The notes: generated by a model not told the origin, from the sequence alone. 64,000 bases of DNA from Escherichia coli (GCF_050920415.1 NZ_CP169309.1), one strand, 5' to 3'; counted from the stretch's first letter, positions 46,872-57,571 are shown. Program-made: numbers and translations.

Positions 46872-48001
46872 ACTAAGTGGTCTGCCATGATGGCATCCTG
46901 TTTTCTGGATGCCATGGCATGGCGCAACAGCACGCTACCACAAGCCACCATACCGCCGATCAACGCAGAAAGGATCACGATAATCGCCTTACCCGGACCG
47001 TCTTTTTTTACCGGTAATGACGGACGCAACTGATATTTAAACGGCGTAAAATTCACATCGTTGACATTTGTTTTTGTTAATTGCTCGACTAGATACTGAC
47101 GATTACGTAATTCACCATTCAGCTCCGCAACGTCAGTGACCGCTTTTTCAATTTCCAGTTTACGTTCAATACCGTCTGCGCCGAGAGAAATAGAAAAGTC
47201 GGGGTCATCTTTAACTGCCTGACCATTGCTATAAATGGGCTTTTTAATTCCTGCCGCGTTGGCAATGTCGAGTGAATAATTGAGGCGCTGAATGTTTGCA
47301 TCAAGTTGGTTTTTCGTTTTAATGCGATCCTGAGCCAGTTTTTCTTTTTCAAACTGGGTTTTGATTTCCAGTTTATTACGGACGTTTTCTAGCGACTCTT
47401 TCACCACCAACGCAGAGATATAATCGATATACCCGCTCAAAACGGTCTGCGCCTCTTCACTGGTTGGCGCGGTGAAACTTAGCGTCCAGGAGGCATACAG
47501 TGACGGTTCATCTTTTTTCTTACTGGCATTGTCATCAACCGCTTTCATTTTTTCGCTCAATGCGACGATAGCGCGATGCAAATCCAGTTCGTCGATTTTC
47601 GCCTCTTTTAATTGGTCCATCACATAAGGTGATGAGCGCAGGTACTCTTCCAGTAAGCTAACCGACTGAAACTTCTTGATAAACAGGTTAAATGCTTCTG
47701 TACGATCAATTTTGATATCCAGATCCAGCACACGAAGCTTAGTGAATGTTTTCTCAAGCGCCTGCCACTGAACAGGTTCTGGAGGCGTGACAACCGCCGC
47801 GCTGGTCCATTTTTGCGGCAGGATGAAAGAGATCAGTAAACCTGCGCAGGCAAACGCAAAAACGACCGCCATGACCGTTTTTTTGGCCCGCCATAAAACT
47901 TCAATTAGATTAAGTAAATCAATTTCATTATTACTGGGCGACGCCAGAGGATACTCGGGAAAATGAGCGTCACTTCCCTGTTTAATATTCAGTGATGACA
48001 T
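46868..48001 (-). CDS. fepE: Polysaccharide co-polymerase (Wzz-like O-antigen chain length regulator) FepE
   Basis: 377-aa ORF from MSSLNIKQGSD with N- and C-terminal TM segments flanking a coiled-coil periplasmic domain. Confidence 0.9.
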   Translation of the reverse strand: MSSLNIKQGSDAHFPEYPLASPSNNEIDLLNLIEVLWRAKKTVMAVVFAFACAGLLISFILPQKWTSAAVVTPPEPVQWQALEKTFTKLRVLDLDIKIDRTEAFNLFIKKFQSVSLLEEYLRSSPYVMDQLKEAKIDELDLHRAIVALSEKMKAVDDNASKKKDEPSLYASWTLSFTAPTSEEAQTVLSGYIDYISALVVKESLENVRNKLEIKTQFEKEKLAQDRIKTKNQLDANIQRLNYSLDIANAAGIKKPIYSNGQAVKDDPDFSISLGADGIERKLEIEKAVTDVAELNGELRNRQYLVEQLTKTNVNDVNFTPFKYQLRPSLPVKKDGPGKAIIVILSALIGGMVACGSVLLRHAMASRKQDAIMADHLV

Positions 48002-48215
48002 GCGGTATAACCTGAAATGGGTCCAATAAGAGTAAATCTCCACGGCCCCCACTTTACCAGTTGGTGAGATTTATCCGAAGCTGAAGTTTGTAAATTCCTC
48101 TCACTGAATGCAACATTCACTCTATTTCAGAGAAATATCCGTTAAATTGATAAATTAAATAAATAATAAACCCATAATCATTTATTGTAATTATGGGTTT
48201 ATAGATAATATAAAT

Positions 48216-51200
48216 TTACTTATTTAGCGCCGCACGAATAATTGGCCCTATTTTTTCAAACGCCATCGGCGAGATAATATCCACATGTGCGCAATCCTGA
48301 CGATAGATATCCAGCTCCGCAATCCATGGTGCCCAGGCCCGTTCGGGAGTCATCCCCTCCTGAAGCGTGCGTTCGGCAACAAACAGCGTCGCTTTTCCAT
48401 CAAACGGAACACTATGGGCAGTGGTCAACAAGCGCACTGCATCAGCGTAGTTGCCTTCAATGGTGGTAAACAGCTCCGTTGAAGTATTTCCCTGCTGTGC
48501 CGCCAGGAAGGCCTCGCGCTCGCGGTTAATCTCCGCCAGCACTTCCGGGTCCAGACCATTAGCCTCTTTTTCCTGCCAGTTTTGCGTTTCTGGCGGCCAG
48601 GTATCCAGCAAGCCAAGAAATGCCACCTGTTCGCCACGGGCACGCAGCCGTGCCGCAATCCCCTGCGCCAGCGTACCGCCCAGCGAATACCCCAGCAGGT
48701 AATAAGGGCCGTGCGGTTGTTGTTCAAGTAACGTTGCCAGATGCGCTTCGCAGACTTCATCCAGGTTTGCCGCGGTCTGCATGGGGCCATGAGGGCGCGG
48801 AGACTGGATGCCAATAATCGACCATTGAGGATCGAGATAACGCGAGAGCACGCTAAACTGCCAGGCAAAACCAGATGCTGGATGGAAACAAAACAGCGTC
48901 GGGCCATTACCTTCACGCAACGGCAGGATGGTTTCAAATCCCATGCGCTGGGTGCTGTCTTCTTCACCATCAATAACCGTTGCCAGTTTGGCGACGGTTG
49001 ACGCGACCATCACCTGCCCCGGCGTCACCTGACGGGCAAACTGTCGACTAAGTTGTGCTGCCAGTTTCATTGCCAGTAGCGAATGACCGCCAAGCGCGAA
49101 GAAATCAGCGTCAGCATCCTGCACGTCACAACCCAGCAACGACGAGAATGCCGCGGCGATAATCGTTTCACTGCCCACTTTCGGCGCACGCCCCGGCACT
49201 TGTGCCTTCAGTTCCGGCAACGGTAAGGCTTTGCGATCCAGCTTACCGTTGGCGCTAAGTGGTAACTGTGGCAGTTGCAGTAGAACCACGGGCACCATAT
49301 GCGGAGGCAATTTTTCGCGAAGCTGCGCCTGCAATGCGCTGGTATCCAGCGGCAGGCCCGATTGCGATACAAAATAGCCCACCAGTTGACGCGCATCCCC
49401 CCCGGTGGCTGCCGCCTGATTAATCACACAAGCGTGGGTAACTGCTTGCTCGACATCCGGCAGCGCCTGCATCACACGATCGATTTCGCCCAGTTCAATC
49501 CGCTGACCACGAATTTTTAGCTGATCATCACTACGCCCGAGATACTCCACCGCGCCGTTATCCAGCCAGCGGGCAACATCTCCGGTACGGTACATCCGTT
49601 CACCTGGCGCGAAAGGATCGGCAATAAAGCGGCTGGCTGTCAGATCGGGTCGTCCAAGATACCCCTGCGCCAGTTGAATACCGGTCAGATAGAGATCGCC
49701 TGCCACACCCGGCGGCACCGGATGCATCATCGCATCGAGAATGCGCAGGCCCGTGTTCCACACCGGGTAGCCAATCGGCACACTGCTGCCGCGTACCGCT
49801 GCAAGTTCAGCACCAAAGGCTGGATACCAGCTCACATCCACCGCTGCTTCCGTCGGGCCATAAAGATTATGTAACGGCGCGCCGGTTAACTGCTGCCATT
49901 CGCGACATAAATCGGCTGGTAAGGCTTCTCCGCTACAGAAAACCTGTTTCAACGTCGCGCAACTCTGGCGAGCGGTTTCCGGCGTCAACGAAGCAACAAA
50001 CGCCGCCAGCATCGACGGTACAAAATGCGTGGTCGTTACGCCATATTCAGCAAAGAATTGCTGCATAGCGAGCGGATCGCGGTGCGCTTCCGGTTCAGCC
50101 ATCACCAGTTTCGCCCCGGCAATAAACGGCCAGAAAAACTCCCACACCGAGACATCAAAACTGCACGGCGTTTTTTGGGCAACAACATCTTCGCCTGTGA
50201 GCGGGTAGTGGTTTTGCATCCATAACAGGCGGTTAACGATAGCCGTCTGCCCGACCATCACCCCTTTCGGCCTGCCGGTGGAACCGGAGGTAAAGATGAT
50301 ATAAGCCGTGTGGTGCGGTTGCGAAAGTTGCAGCGGCGCACTGCCCTGCGGTGTAAGCGGGGCGTTATAGCAAAGACTGGTTAAATTGGGGATATCGCTA
50401 AAGCGCGGCAGTTGATCATCGGTGGTGATTAACAGTGACGGACGCGCATCTTCCAGCATCATTTTCAGGCGATCGTCCGGATAGCCCGTATCCAGCGGTA
50501 GCCAGGCCGCACCTGCTTCAACTATCGCATGTAGCGCCATAGTCAAAAAGACCGAGCGCGGTAGTGCCACCGCTACGCTGTCGCCAGGTTTAACGCCGCG
50601 CTCACGCAGCAGATTCGCCAGCGCCACCACCTGCTCGCGCATTTCCCGATAACTGAACTGGTAACGCACATCTGCCAGTGCCGGAGCATCCGGCGTTTTT
50701 GCCGCCTGTTCTGCCACCAGCGCGCTCAGTGTGGTTTCTGGAATCTCAACCTGAGTGGCGTTGATCTGCGCCAGCTGTGCATACTCTTCTGGCAGCATAA
50801 TATCGACATCGCCGCACAACCGCGCCGGATCCGCGGCAAACTGCACCGTCAGCATTTTCAGCCGTTCAGCATGCTGGATTAGCGTTGGCTCATCGTAACG
50901 CTGTTTATTGGCGAGGATCTCAATACTCAAATCACCGTTTTCATCCGGGAAAAGGGCCAGTTCAAGGTCATTAACCGGACCGGTTGCCAGGGTATGGGTT
51001 TGCGCCTGTACCCCCGGAATATCTAACTGATAATCAAATACTTTAATATTGAGCACCGGACCGAACAGCGGTTCCTCTCCCGCCGCGCGCCCGCTGTCAC
51101 GGACAATTTGTTCGGCATCGTAACGTTGATGACGACGCATTTTTTTCAGTTGTGCCGCTAGTCGGGCTGCCAGTTGCGGCAATGTTTCTTGTGCCTCAAT

Positions 51201-52097
51201 GTGAATACCCAACGGCAACACGTTGAGCACGGGTCCGGTAGCCGTCAGCGCCGCTGAGCCCAGTCGACGCATAAAGATAAATCCGGCGGCGTAGTCCATG
51301 CGGTTGCACAATCGCCCCAGCCACAAAGCCGCCAGCGCAAGGGCTATATCGGTACGCTGCACACCTGAAAGTTGCGTAGCCAACTGGCGGAATTCCCCGC
51401 CGTTAAATTCCAGTTTCAGACGCAAAATATCTGCCGAGGCGCTGCGCCCCGGTAAAGGGGCTGGAGAAAGTGACGCGGGCGGTGGTAGTTGACGACGCTG
51501 TTCCGCCCAGAATGCCGCATCACGCTGCCAGGCTTCGCTTTCGCGGTACTGCTGGTACTCTTCCACTACCTCAGCGAAAGGCGTAAACGGCGAAGCCGGT
51601 GTTGGTTCGCCACACCCCCATGCACAGTAAATGTTGGCGATCTGGCGGGTAATGACCGGGAAACTGAAGCCATCGACCAGCAAATGGTGGTAACGCTGAT
51701 ACCAGTACCAGCGGTTATCTGCCACCTGTATCAGTTGATGAAAAACCAGAGGTTTACCGCTATCGACGCGCAGATCTTGTTGCAAATCCGCCTGCATTAA
51801 TGCCTGCGCAGTACCGTGCGGATCAATGTTGGTTCGCAGGTCGATAATTTCTGGCAGTTCGAACGTCAGCGCATCATCGACCCATTGCCAGACTTCGCCG
51901 TTATCTTCCGTAAAACGCATCCGCAGCGTATCTGCTTGCGCTAATCCGGCAACCACCGCGCGAGCCAGTAATGGCGCATCAACATCTCCGGTTAACTCAA
52001 CGTAATGCGCCACGCTCCAGGCGGAGGGTAAATCCGACAGTTTTTCTGCCATCCAGATGCCGGGCTGTGCGGCAACTAAAGGTAAATGCTGGCTCAT
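48216..52097 (-). CDS. entF: Enterobactin non-ribosomal peptide synthetase EntF (C-A-PCP-TE)
   Basis: 1293-aa ORF from MSQHLPLVAAQPGIWMAEK; HHxxxDG condensation motif, adenylation motifs, GGHSL carrier motif, GYSLGG thioesterase motif. Confidence 0.96.
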   Translation of the reverse strand: MSQHLPLVAAQPGIWMAEKLSDLPSAWSVAHYVELTGDVDAPLLARAVVAGLAQADTLRMRFTEDNGEVWQWVDDALTFELPEIIDLRTNIDPHGTAQALMQADLQQDLRVDSGKPLVFHQLIQVADNRWYWYQRYHHLLVDGFSFPVITRQIANIYCAWGCGEPTPASPFTPFAEVVEEYQQYRESEAWQRDAAFWAEQRRQLPPPASLSPAPLPGRSASADILRLKLEFNGGEFRQLATQLSGVQRTDIALALAALWLGRLCNRMDYAAGFIFMRRLGSAALTATGPVLNVLPLGIHIEAQETLPQLAARLAAQLKKMRRHQRYDAEQIVRDSGRAAGEEPLFGPVLNIKVFDYQLDIPGVQAQTHTLATGPVNDLELALFPDENGDLSIEILANKQRYDEPTLIQHAERLKMLTVQFAADPARLCGDVDIMLPEEYAQLAQINATQVEIPETTLSALVAEQAAKTPDAPALADVRYQFSYREMREQVVALANLLRERGVKPGDSVAVALPRSVFLTMALHAIVEAGAAWLPLDTGYPDDRLKMMLEDARPSLLITTDDQLPRFSDIPNLTSLCYNAPLTPQGSAPLQLSQPHHTAYIIFTSGSTGRPKGVMVGQTAIVNRLLWMQNHYPLTGEDVVAQKTPCSFDVSVWEFFWPFIAGAKLVMAEPEAHRDPLAMQQFFAEYGVTTTHFVPSMLAAFVASLTPETARQSCATLKQVFCSGEALPADLCREWQQLTGAPLHNLYGPTEAAVDVSWYPAFGAELAAVRGSSVPIGYPVWNTGLRILDAMMHPVPPGVAGDLYLTGIQLAQGYLGRPDLTASRFIADPFAPGERMYRTGDVARWLDNGAVEYLGRSDDQLKIRGQRIELGEIDRVMQALPDVEQAVTHACVINQAAATGGDARQLVGYFVSQSGLPLDTSALQAQLREKLPPHMVPVVLLQLPQLPLSANGKLDRKALPLPELKAQVPGRAPKVGSETIIAAAFSSLLGCDVQDADADFFALGGHSLLAMKLAAQLSRQFARQVTPGQVMVASTVAKLATVIDGEEDSTQRMGFETILPLREGNGPTLFCFHPASGFAWQFSVLSRYLDPQWSIIGIQSPRPHGPMQTAANLDEVCEAHLATLLEQQPHGPYYLLGYSLGGTLAQGIAARLRARGEQVAFLGLLDTWPPETQNWQEKEANGLDPEVLAEINREREAFLAAQQGNTSTELFTTIEGNYADAVRLLTTAHSVPFDGKATLFVAERTLQEGMTPERAWAPWIAELDIYRQDCAHVDIISPMAFEKIGPIIRAALNK

Positions 52098-52312
52098 TGC
52101 GCCTCCTGCTGCTGGATGAAATTCGCCGGTGTCAGAGTACGCCAGTGGGCGTCCAGCCACTGCTGGCAGGACGCCTGTGACTGCGGCTGACACACAACAT
52201 CCCAGCCTGCCGGTAAGGCGCACTGTTGCGGCCACAGACTGAATTGCCCCTGCGCATTGCGTAAAATGTAAAACACGCCCTGCGGATCATCGAAGGGATT
52301 ACTGAATGCCAT
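52094..52312 (-). CDS. ybdZ: MbtH-like protein YbdZ
   Basis: 72-aa ORF MAFSNPFDDPQG..SLWP.. ; 3' end overlaps the entF start by 4 nt. Confidence 0.92.
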   Translation of the reverse strand: MAFSNPFDDPQGVFYILRNAQGQFSLWPQQCALPAGWDVVCQPQSQASCQQWLDAHWRTLTPANFIQQQEAQ

Positions 52313-52314
52313 AT

Positions 52315-53517
52315 TCAACTCCTGTCATGGAAAAGTGGTTGCCAGAGGTCGATTAGCCCCTGCATCAAGCCACCGCGCCAACAAAGCGCATCATGTCCGC
52401 CGTCAACCTGACGCCAGAAAATGGATTCTTTTAGGGGGGCTAATTGCGCATACAGCGCCTGATTGGCCCGCATAATCATCGGCTCGCGAATACCTGCTTC
52501 CAGCACAATGCGCAGACCTTCGGCGCTAACTTCACCAGCTTTGAGCTGTTCAAGTAACACGCCCTCTTGCTGCCCGCCCCGATGCGGCCACCAGTACGAT
52601 CCCGACTGGCTTAATACACAGCCAAAGCGTTCAGGCCAGCGCAGTCCGGCATACAGCGCGGAAAGTCCACCAAAACTCTGCCCTGCGACCACGGTGCGAT
52701 CGGCGCAATCGCTAAAGGGGGCGATAGCTTTCACCTGGGGTAATAACTCTTGCTGTACTGCCAGCCAGAAATCCGCATTACACGGCAGTTCGTGGGCGCG
52801 GTGCGTGGTGTCGATAGCGTCGATCAACACGTACACGGCGGGAGGAAGTTGCTGACGATGGGTCAACGAAGTCAGCGCAGGCCAGACGGGCATACTCTGC
52901 GCCCAAAATTCGCCATCAAGTAAAACTGCCAGCGGGCGTTCTTCTGCTGTTGCATCGCCGGTGGTAAAAATCCATACACGGCGTGAATTTTTCAACCTTT
53001 CACTTTTCCAGATAATTTCTTTGGCAGGCGTTTCTGGCGCTTGCGGACAATCCCATCCCGGTTGCAGGGGCGCTTGCGGCATTTCGAGTGCAGAAACAGC
53101 GTGCCCTCGCCCGCCTTTCCAGCTTTGTGGATTCAGCGGATCGGCTATCGCCTGGGGTAATAGTTTTCGCCAGCCTTCGCGCAATTCGAGGCGATCAGGG
53201 GATGGTGCAGAAAAAATGTCATCACGTTCGGTAGGAATAAAACAGTAGCTGCCGCGCCAGTTGGCATTGAGTTGTGTCGTCCACTGCCAGACATCGGTCC
53301 CTGCAATTCGCTGCATCGACTGGGGCTGGCTGTTCTGATGGTGATCGGTCACGCCAGTGATATAGACCCATACGCGCTTTATCGTCGAGTGGTCTTCAGA
53401 GCCTTGTGGATCACGCCACCAGAAAGTGACCTGATACATTTCGTCATTCAGACGCTGACATTCCGGGCCATGTTTCGACTGCCACCAGCTCTCACTTCCT
53501 ACTTTTAACGCTGTCAC
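52315..53517 (-). CDS. fes: Enterochelin (ferric enterobactin) esterase Fes
   Basis: 400-codon frame (GTG start at 53517) with GQSFGG esterase motif; true start may be internal. Confidence 0.9.
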   Translation of the reverse strand: MTALKVGSESWWQSKHGPECQRLNDEMYQVTFWWRDPQGSEDHSTIKRVWVYITGVTDHHQNSQPQSMQRIAGTDVWQWTTQLNANWRGSYCFIPTERDDIFSAPSPDRLELREGWRKLLPQAIADPLNPQSWKGGRGHAVSALEMPQAPLQPGWDCPQAPETPAKEIIWKSERLKNSRRVWIFTTGDATAEERPLAVLLDGEFWAQSMPVWPALTSLTHRQQLPPAVYVLIDAIDTTHRAHELPCNADFWLAVQQELLPQVKAIAPFSDCADRTVVAGQSFGGLSALYAGLRWPERFGCVLSQSGSYWWPHRGGQQEGVLLEQLKAGEVSAEGLRIVLEAGIREPMIMRANQALYAQLAPLKESIFWRQVDGGHDALCWRGGLMQGLIDLWQPLFHDRS

Positions 53518-53559
53518 ACCATAACCCCATGTTTAATGTGCATTTTTTCATTGATTGCA

Positions 53560-53600
53560 GAAATATATTGATAATATTATTGATAACTATTTGCATTTGC
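53560..53600. promoter_or_regulatory. Overlapping Fur boxes in fes/fepA divergent promoter region
   Basis: attgataatattattgataactatttgc contains tandem GATAAT hexamers typical of Fur sites. Confidence 0.7.
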
Positions 53601-53759
53601 AATAGCGTAATGACGCGCCGTGGGAAGCGCGGACATTAATTAACCAACTGCACTGCGTGTCTTTCAGGATCAAAGGTTTTCGCGGTAGCGGGATGCGTCG
53701 TGTTGATGACGACCATGCCCGACAGTTGCAATTCGTGGCAAAAATGCAGGAATAAAACA

Positions 53760-56000
53760 ATGAACAAGAAGATTCATTCCCTGGCCTTGTTGGTCAATCT
53801 GGGGATTTATGGGGTAGCACAGGCACAAGAGCCAACCGATACTCCTGTTTCACATGACGATACCATCGTGGTCACCGCCGCCGAGCAGAACTTGCAGGCG
53901 CCTGGCGTTTCGACCATCACCGCAGATGAAATCCGCAAAAACCCGGTTGCCCGCGATGTGTCGGAGATCATCCGTACCATGCCAGGCGTTAACCTGACTG
54001 GTAACTCCACCAGTGGTCAGCGTGGTAATAACCGCCAGATTGATATTCGCGGCATGGGTCCGGAAAACACGCTGATTTTGATTGACGGTAAGCCTGTCAG
54101 CAGCCGTAACTCGGTGCGTCAGGGCTGGCGTGGCGAGCGTGATACCCGTGGTGATACCTCCTGGGTGCCGCCTGAAATGATTGAACGTATTGAAGTTCTG
54201 CGTGGTCCGGCAGCTGCGCGTTATGGCAACGGCGCGGCGGGCGGCGTGGTTAACATCATTACCAAAAAAGGCAGCGGCGAGTGGCACGGCTCATGGGATG
54301 CTTATTTCAATGCGCCAGAGCATAAAGAGGAAGGTGCCACCAAACGCACCAACTTCAGCTTGACCGGTCCGCTGGGCGACCAATTCAGCTTCCGTTTATA
54401 TGGCAACCTCGACAAAACTCAGGCTGATGCGTGGGATATTAACCAGGGCCATCAGTCAGCGCGTGCCGGAACGTATGCCACGACGTTACCAGCCGGGCGC
54501 GAAGGGGTGATCAACAAAGATATCAATGGCGTGGTGCGTTGGGACTTCGCCCCTATGCAGTCACTCGAACTTGAAGCGGGCTACAGCCGCCAGGGTAACC
54601 TGTATGCGGGTGACACCCAGAACACCAACTCTGACGCTTACACTCGCTCTAAATATGGCGATGAAACCAACCGCCTGTATCGCCAGAACTACTCGCTGAC
54701 CTGGAACGGTGGCTGGGATAACGGCGTGACCACCAGCAACTGGGTGCAGTACGAACACACCCGTAACTCGCGTATTCCGGAAGGCCTGGCGGGCGGCACC
54801 GAAGGGAAATTTAACGAAAAAGCGACACAAGATTTCGTCGATATCGATCTTGATGACGTGATGTTGCACAGCGAAGTTAACCTGCCGATTGATTTCCTCG
54901 TTAACCAGACGCTGACGCTGGGGACCGAGTGGAATCAGCAGCGGATGAAGGACTTAAGTTCCAACACCCAGGCGCTGACCGGAACGAATACCGGCGGTGC
55001 TATTGATGGTGTAAGTGCCACTGACCGTAGCCCATATTCAAAGGCAGAAATTTTCTCGCTATTTGCCGAAAACAACATGGAGCTGACTGACAGCACCATC
55101 GTAACGCCGGGGCTGCGTTTCGATCATCACAGCATTGTTGGCAATAACTGGAGTCCGGCGCTGAATATATCGCAAGGTTTAGGCGATGACTTCACGCTGA
55201 AAATGGGCATCGCCCGTGCTTATAAAGCGCCGAGCCTGTACCAGACTAACCCGAACTACATTCTCTACAGTAAAGGTCAGGGCTGCTATGCCAGCGCGGG
55301 CGGCTGCTATTTGCAAGGTAATGATGACCTGAAAGCAGAAACCAGCATCAACAAAGAGATTGGTCTGGAGTTCAAACGCGACGGCTGGCTGGCGGGTGTC
55401 ACCTGGTTCCGTAACGATTATCGCAATAAGATTGAAGCGGGCTATGTGGCTGTAGGGCAAAACGCAGTCGGCACCGATCTCTATCAGTGGGATAACGTGC
55501 CGAAAGCGGTGGTTGAAGGTCTGGAAGGATCGTTAAACGTACCGGTTAGCGAAACGGTGATGTGGACCAACAACATCACTTATATGCTGAAGAGTGAAAA
55601 CAAAACCACGGGCGACCGTTTGTCGATCATCCCGGAGTATACGTTGAACTCAACGCTGAGCTGGCAGGCACGGGAAGATTTGTCGATGCAAACGACCTTC
55701 ACCTGGTACGGCAAGCAGCAGCCGAAGAAGTACAACTATAAAGGCCAGCCAGCGGTTGGACCGGAAACCAAAGAAATCAGTCCGTACAGCATTGTGGGCC
55801 TGAGCGCGACCTGGGATGTGACGAAGAATGTCAGTCTGACCGGCGGCGTGGACAACCTGTTCGACAAGCGTTTGTGGCGTGCGGGTAATGCCCAGACCAC
55901 GGGCGATCTGGCAGGAGCCAACTATATCGCCGGTGCCGGGGCGTATACCTATAACGAGCCGGGACGTACATGGTATATGAGCATTAATACGCACTTCTGA
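53760..56000 (+). CDS. fepA: TonB-dependent ferric enterobactin outer-membrane receptor FepA
   Basis: 746-aa ORF from MNKKIHSLALLVNLG (signal peptide), TonB box DTIVVTA, terminal aromatic residue. Confidence 0.96.
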   Translation: MNKKIHSLALLVNLGIYGVAQAQEPTDTPVSHDDTIVVTAAEQNLQAPGVSTITADEIRKNPVARDVSEIIRTMPGVNLTGNSTSGQRGNNRQIDIRGMGPENTLILIDGKPVSSRNSVRQGWRGERDTRGDTSWVPPEMIERIEVLRGPAAARYGNGAAGGVVNIITKKGSGEWHGSWDAYFNAPEHKEEGATKRTNFSLTGPLGDQFSFRLYGNLDKTQADAWDINQGHQSARAGTYATTLPAGREGVINKDINGVVRWDFAPMQSLELEAGYSRQGNLYAGDTQNTNSDAYTRSKYGDETNRLYRQNYSLTWNGGWDNGVTTSNWVQYEHTRNSRIPEGLAGGTEGKFNEKATQDFVDIDLDDVMLHSEVNLPIDFLVNQTLTLGTEWNQQRMKDLSSNTQALTGTNTGGAIDGVSATDRSPYSKAEIFSLFAENNMELTDSTIVTPGLRFDHHSIVGNNWSPALNISQGLGDDFTLKMGIARAYKAPSLYQTNPNYILYSKGQGCYASAGGCYLQGNDDLKAETSINKEIGLEFKRDGWLAGVTWFRNDYRNKIEAGYVAVGQNAVGTDLYQWDNVPKAVVEGLEGSLNVPVSETVMWTNNITYMLKSENKTTGDRLSIIPEYTLNSTLSWQAREDLSMQTTFTWYGKQQPKKYNYKGQPAVGPETKEISPYSIVGLSATWDVTKNVSLTGGVDNLFDKRLWRAGNAQTTGDLAGANYIAGAGAYTYNEPGRTWYMSINTHF

Positions 56001-56037
56001 TGCTAACGTCAGATTGTTGACAAAGTGCGCGTCGTTC

Positions 56038-56140
56038 ATGCCGGATGCGGCGTGAACGCCTTATCCGGCCTACAAAAATCTTGCCAATTCAATATATTGC
56101 AGGATAGTGTAGGCCTGATAAGCGTAGCGCATCAGGCAGT
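56038..56140. repeat. BIME (two REP palindromes) between fepA and entD
   Basis: tgccggatgcggcgtgaacgccttatccggcctac and gtaggcctgataagcgtagcgcatcaggca in opposite orientation. Confidence 0.75.
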
Positions 56141-56165
56141 TTTGCGTTTGTCATCAGTCTCTAAT

Positions 56166-56795
56166 ATGGTCGACATGAAAACTACGCATACCTCCCTCCC
56201 CTTTGCCGGACATACGCTGCATTTTGTTGAGTTCGATCCAGTAAGTTTTCGCGAGCAGGATTTACTCTGGCTGCCACACTACGCACAACTGCAACACGCT
56301 GGACGTAAACGTAAAACAGAGCATTTAGCCGGACGGATCGCTGCTGTTTACGCCTTGCGGGAATATGGCTATAAATGTGTGCCCGCAATCGGCGAGCTAC
56401 GCCAACCTGTGTGGCCTGCGGAGGTATACGGCAGTATTAGCCACTGCGAGACTACGGCATTAGCCGTGGCATCTCGTCAACCGATTGGCATTGATATCGA
56501 AGAGATTTTCTCTGTACAAACCGCAAGAGAATTGACAGACAACATTATTACACCAGCAGAACACGAGCGACTCGCAGAATGCGGTTTAGCCTTTTCTCTG
56601 GCGCTGACACTGGCATTTTCCGCCAAAGAGAGCGCATTTAAGGCAAGTGAGATCCAAACTGATGCAGGTTTTCTGGACTATCAGATAATTAGCTGGAATA
56701 AACAGCAGATCATCATTCGACTAGAGGATGAGCAGTTTGCTGTGCACTGGCAGATAAAAGAAAAAATAGTCATAACGCTGTGCCAACACGATTAA
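56166..56795 (+). CDS. entD: Enterobactin synthase 4'-phosphopantetheinyl transferase EntD
   Basis: 209-aa ORF from MVDMKTTHTSLPF; PPTase family; the ORF-track start upstream lies inside the BIME. Confidence 0.92.
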   Translation: MVDMKTTHTSLPFAGHTLHFVEFDPVSFREQDLLWLPHYAQLQHAGRKRKTEHLAGRIAAVYALREYGYKCVPAIGELRQPVWPAEVYGSISHCETTALAVASRQPIGIDIEEIFSVQTARELTDNIITPAEHERLAECGLAFSLALTLAFSAKESAFKASEIQTDAGFLDYQIISWNKQQIIIRLEDEQFAVHWQIKEKIVITLCQHD

Positions 56796-56916
56796 TTGAC
56801 AACATCTGGTACGATTCGCCCGCAGCCATCACTGACCACGGGCGAAAGTGTAAAGCAGGTGCCTTACCATCCTGACCTGACAACCGGATATGCGGGGATT
56901 ACTCCCCGCACAACGG

Positions 56917-57069
56917 CTACTTCTTCGGTTCGTAAGCGAGAACAGCCCTGAACTCAATATTACGTTCCTTTACGGTGAACTCACACAGCGAGTCGCCGAC
57001 CAGAAGCGTAAATCCCAGCACTGTCAAACACAGCACTATGACCGCCACAAGGGCATATTTCGTCAGCAT
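56917..57069 (-). CDS. hokE: Hok-family toxin, copy 1 ([50 protein letters not shown])
   Basis: 50-aa single-TM peptide; in this copy the upstream mok-like frame is fused in-frame (ORF 56917-57213) through a 1-nt length difference. Confidence 0.85.
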   Translation of the reverse strand: MLTKYALVAVIVLCLTVLGFTLLVGDSLCEFTVKERNIEFRAVLAYEPKK

Positions 57070-57418
57070 GTTTATATTGCCTCCATGCGAAGAAGGGACT
57101 ACCATCCAAATTGTCTGGTTTGGAGTGGCGGCCCCAGGGTTGATAGAAATATCTCCTGGGGCTTCATCTTTCCAGACCTCAGAGTTAACCTGAAACCGGA
57201 AAGCTTCAGGCACCCGCCGTTATCTTACCCTTCCTTAGCAAAATGGCTGTTTATTTATACAGTAAATCCTGTTCCGGACTTTTCATTAGTATTATCGCCC
57301 ATGCCAGTTAAACGACATCGCCCGCAGCCATCACTGACCACGGGCGAAAATGTAAAGCAGGTGCCTTACCACCCTGAACTGACAACCGGATATGCGGGGA
57401 TTACTCCCCGCACAACGG

Positions 57419-57571
57419 CTACTTCTTCGGTTCGTAAGCGAGAACAGCCCTGAACTCAATATTATGTTCCTTTACGGTGAACTCACACAGCGAGTCGCCG
57501 ACCAGAAGCGTAAATCCCAGCACTGTCAAACACAGCACTATGACCGCCACAAGGGCATATTTCGTCAGCAT
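57419..57571 (-). CDS. hokE: Hok-family toxin, copy 2 (..[18 protein letters not shown])
   Basis: 50-aa Hok ORF; one substitution (R35H) relative to copy 1. Confidence 0.85.
   Translation of the reverse strand: MLTKYALVAVIVLCLTVLGFTLLVGDSLCEFTVKEHNIEFRAVLAYEPKK

Noticed and set aside
56890-57453. Plus-strand ORFs ([11 protein letters not shown].., 187/75/84 aa) recurring in each hok repeat unit
   Set aside because: They are antisense to the Hok and mok-like frames and recur only because the DNA is repeated; the plus strand here should encode the short Sok antisense RNA, not a protein.
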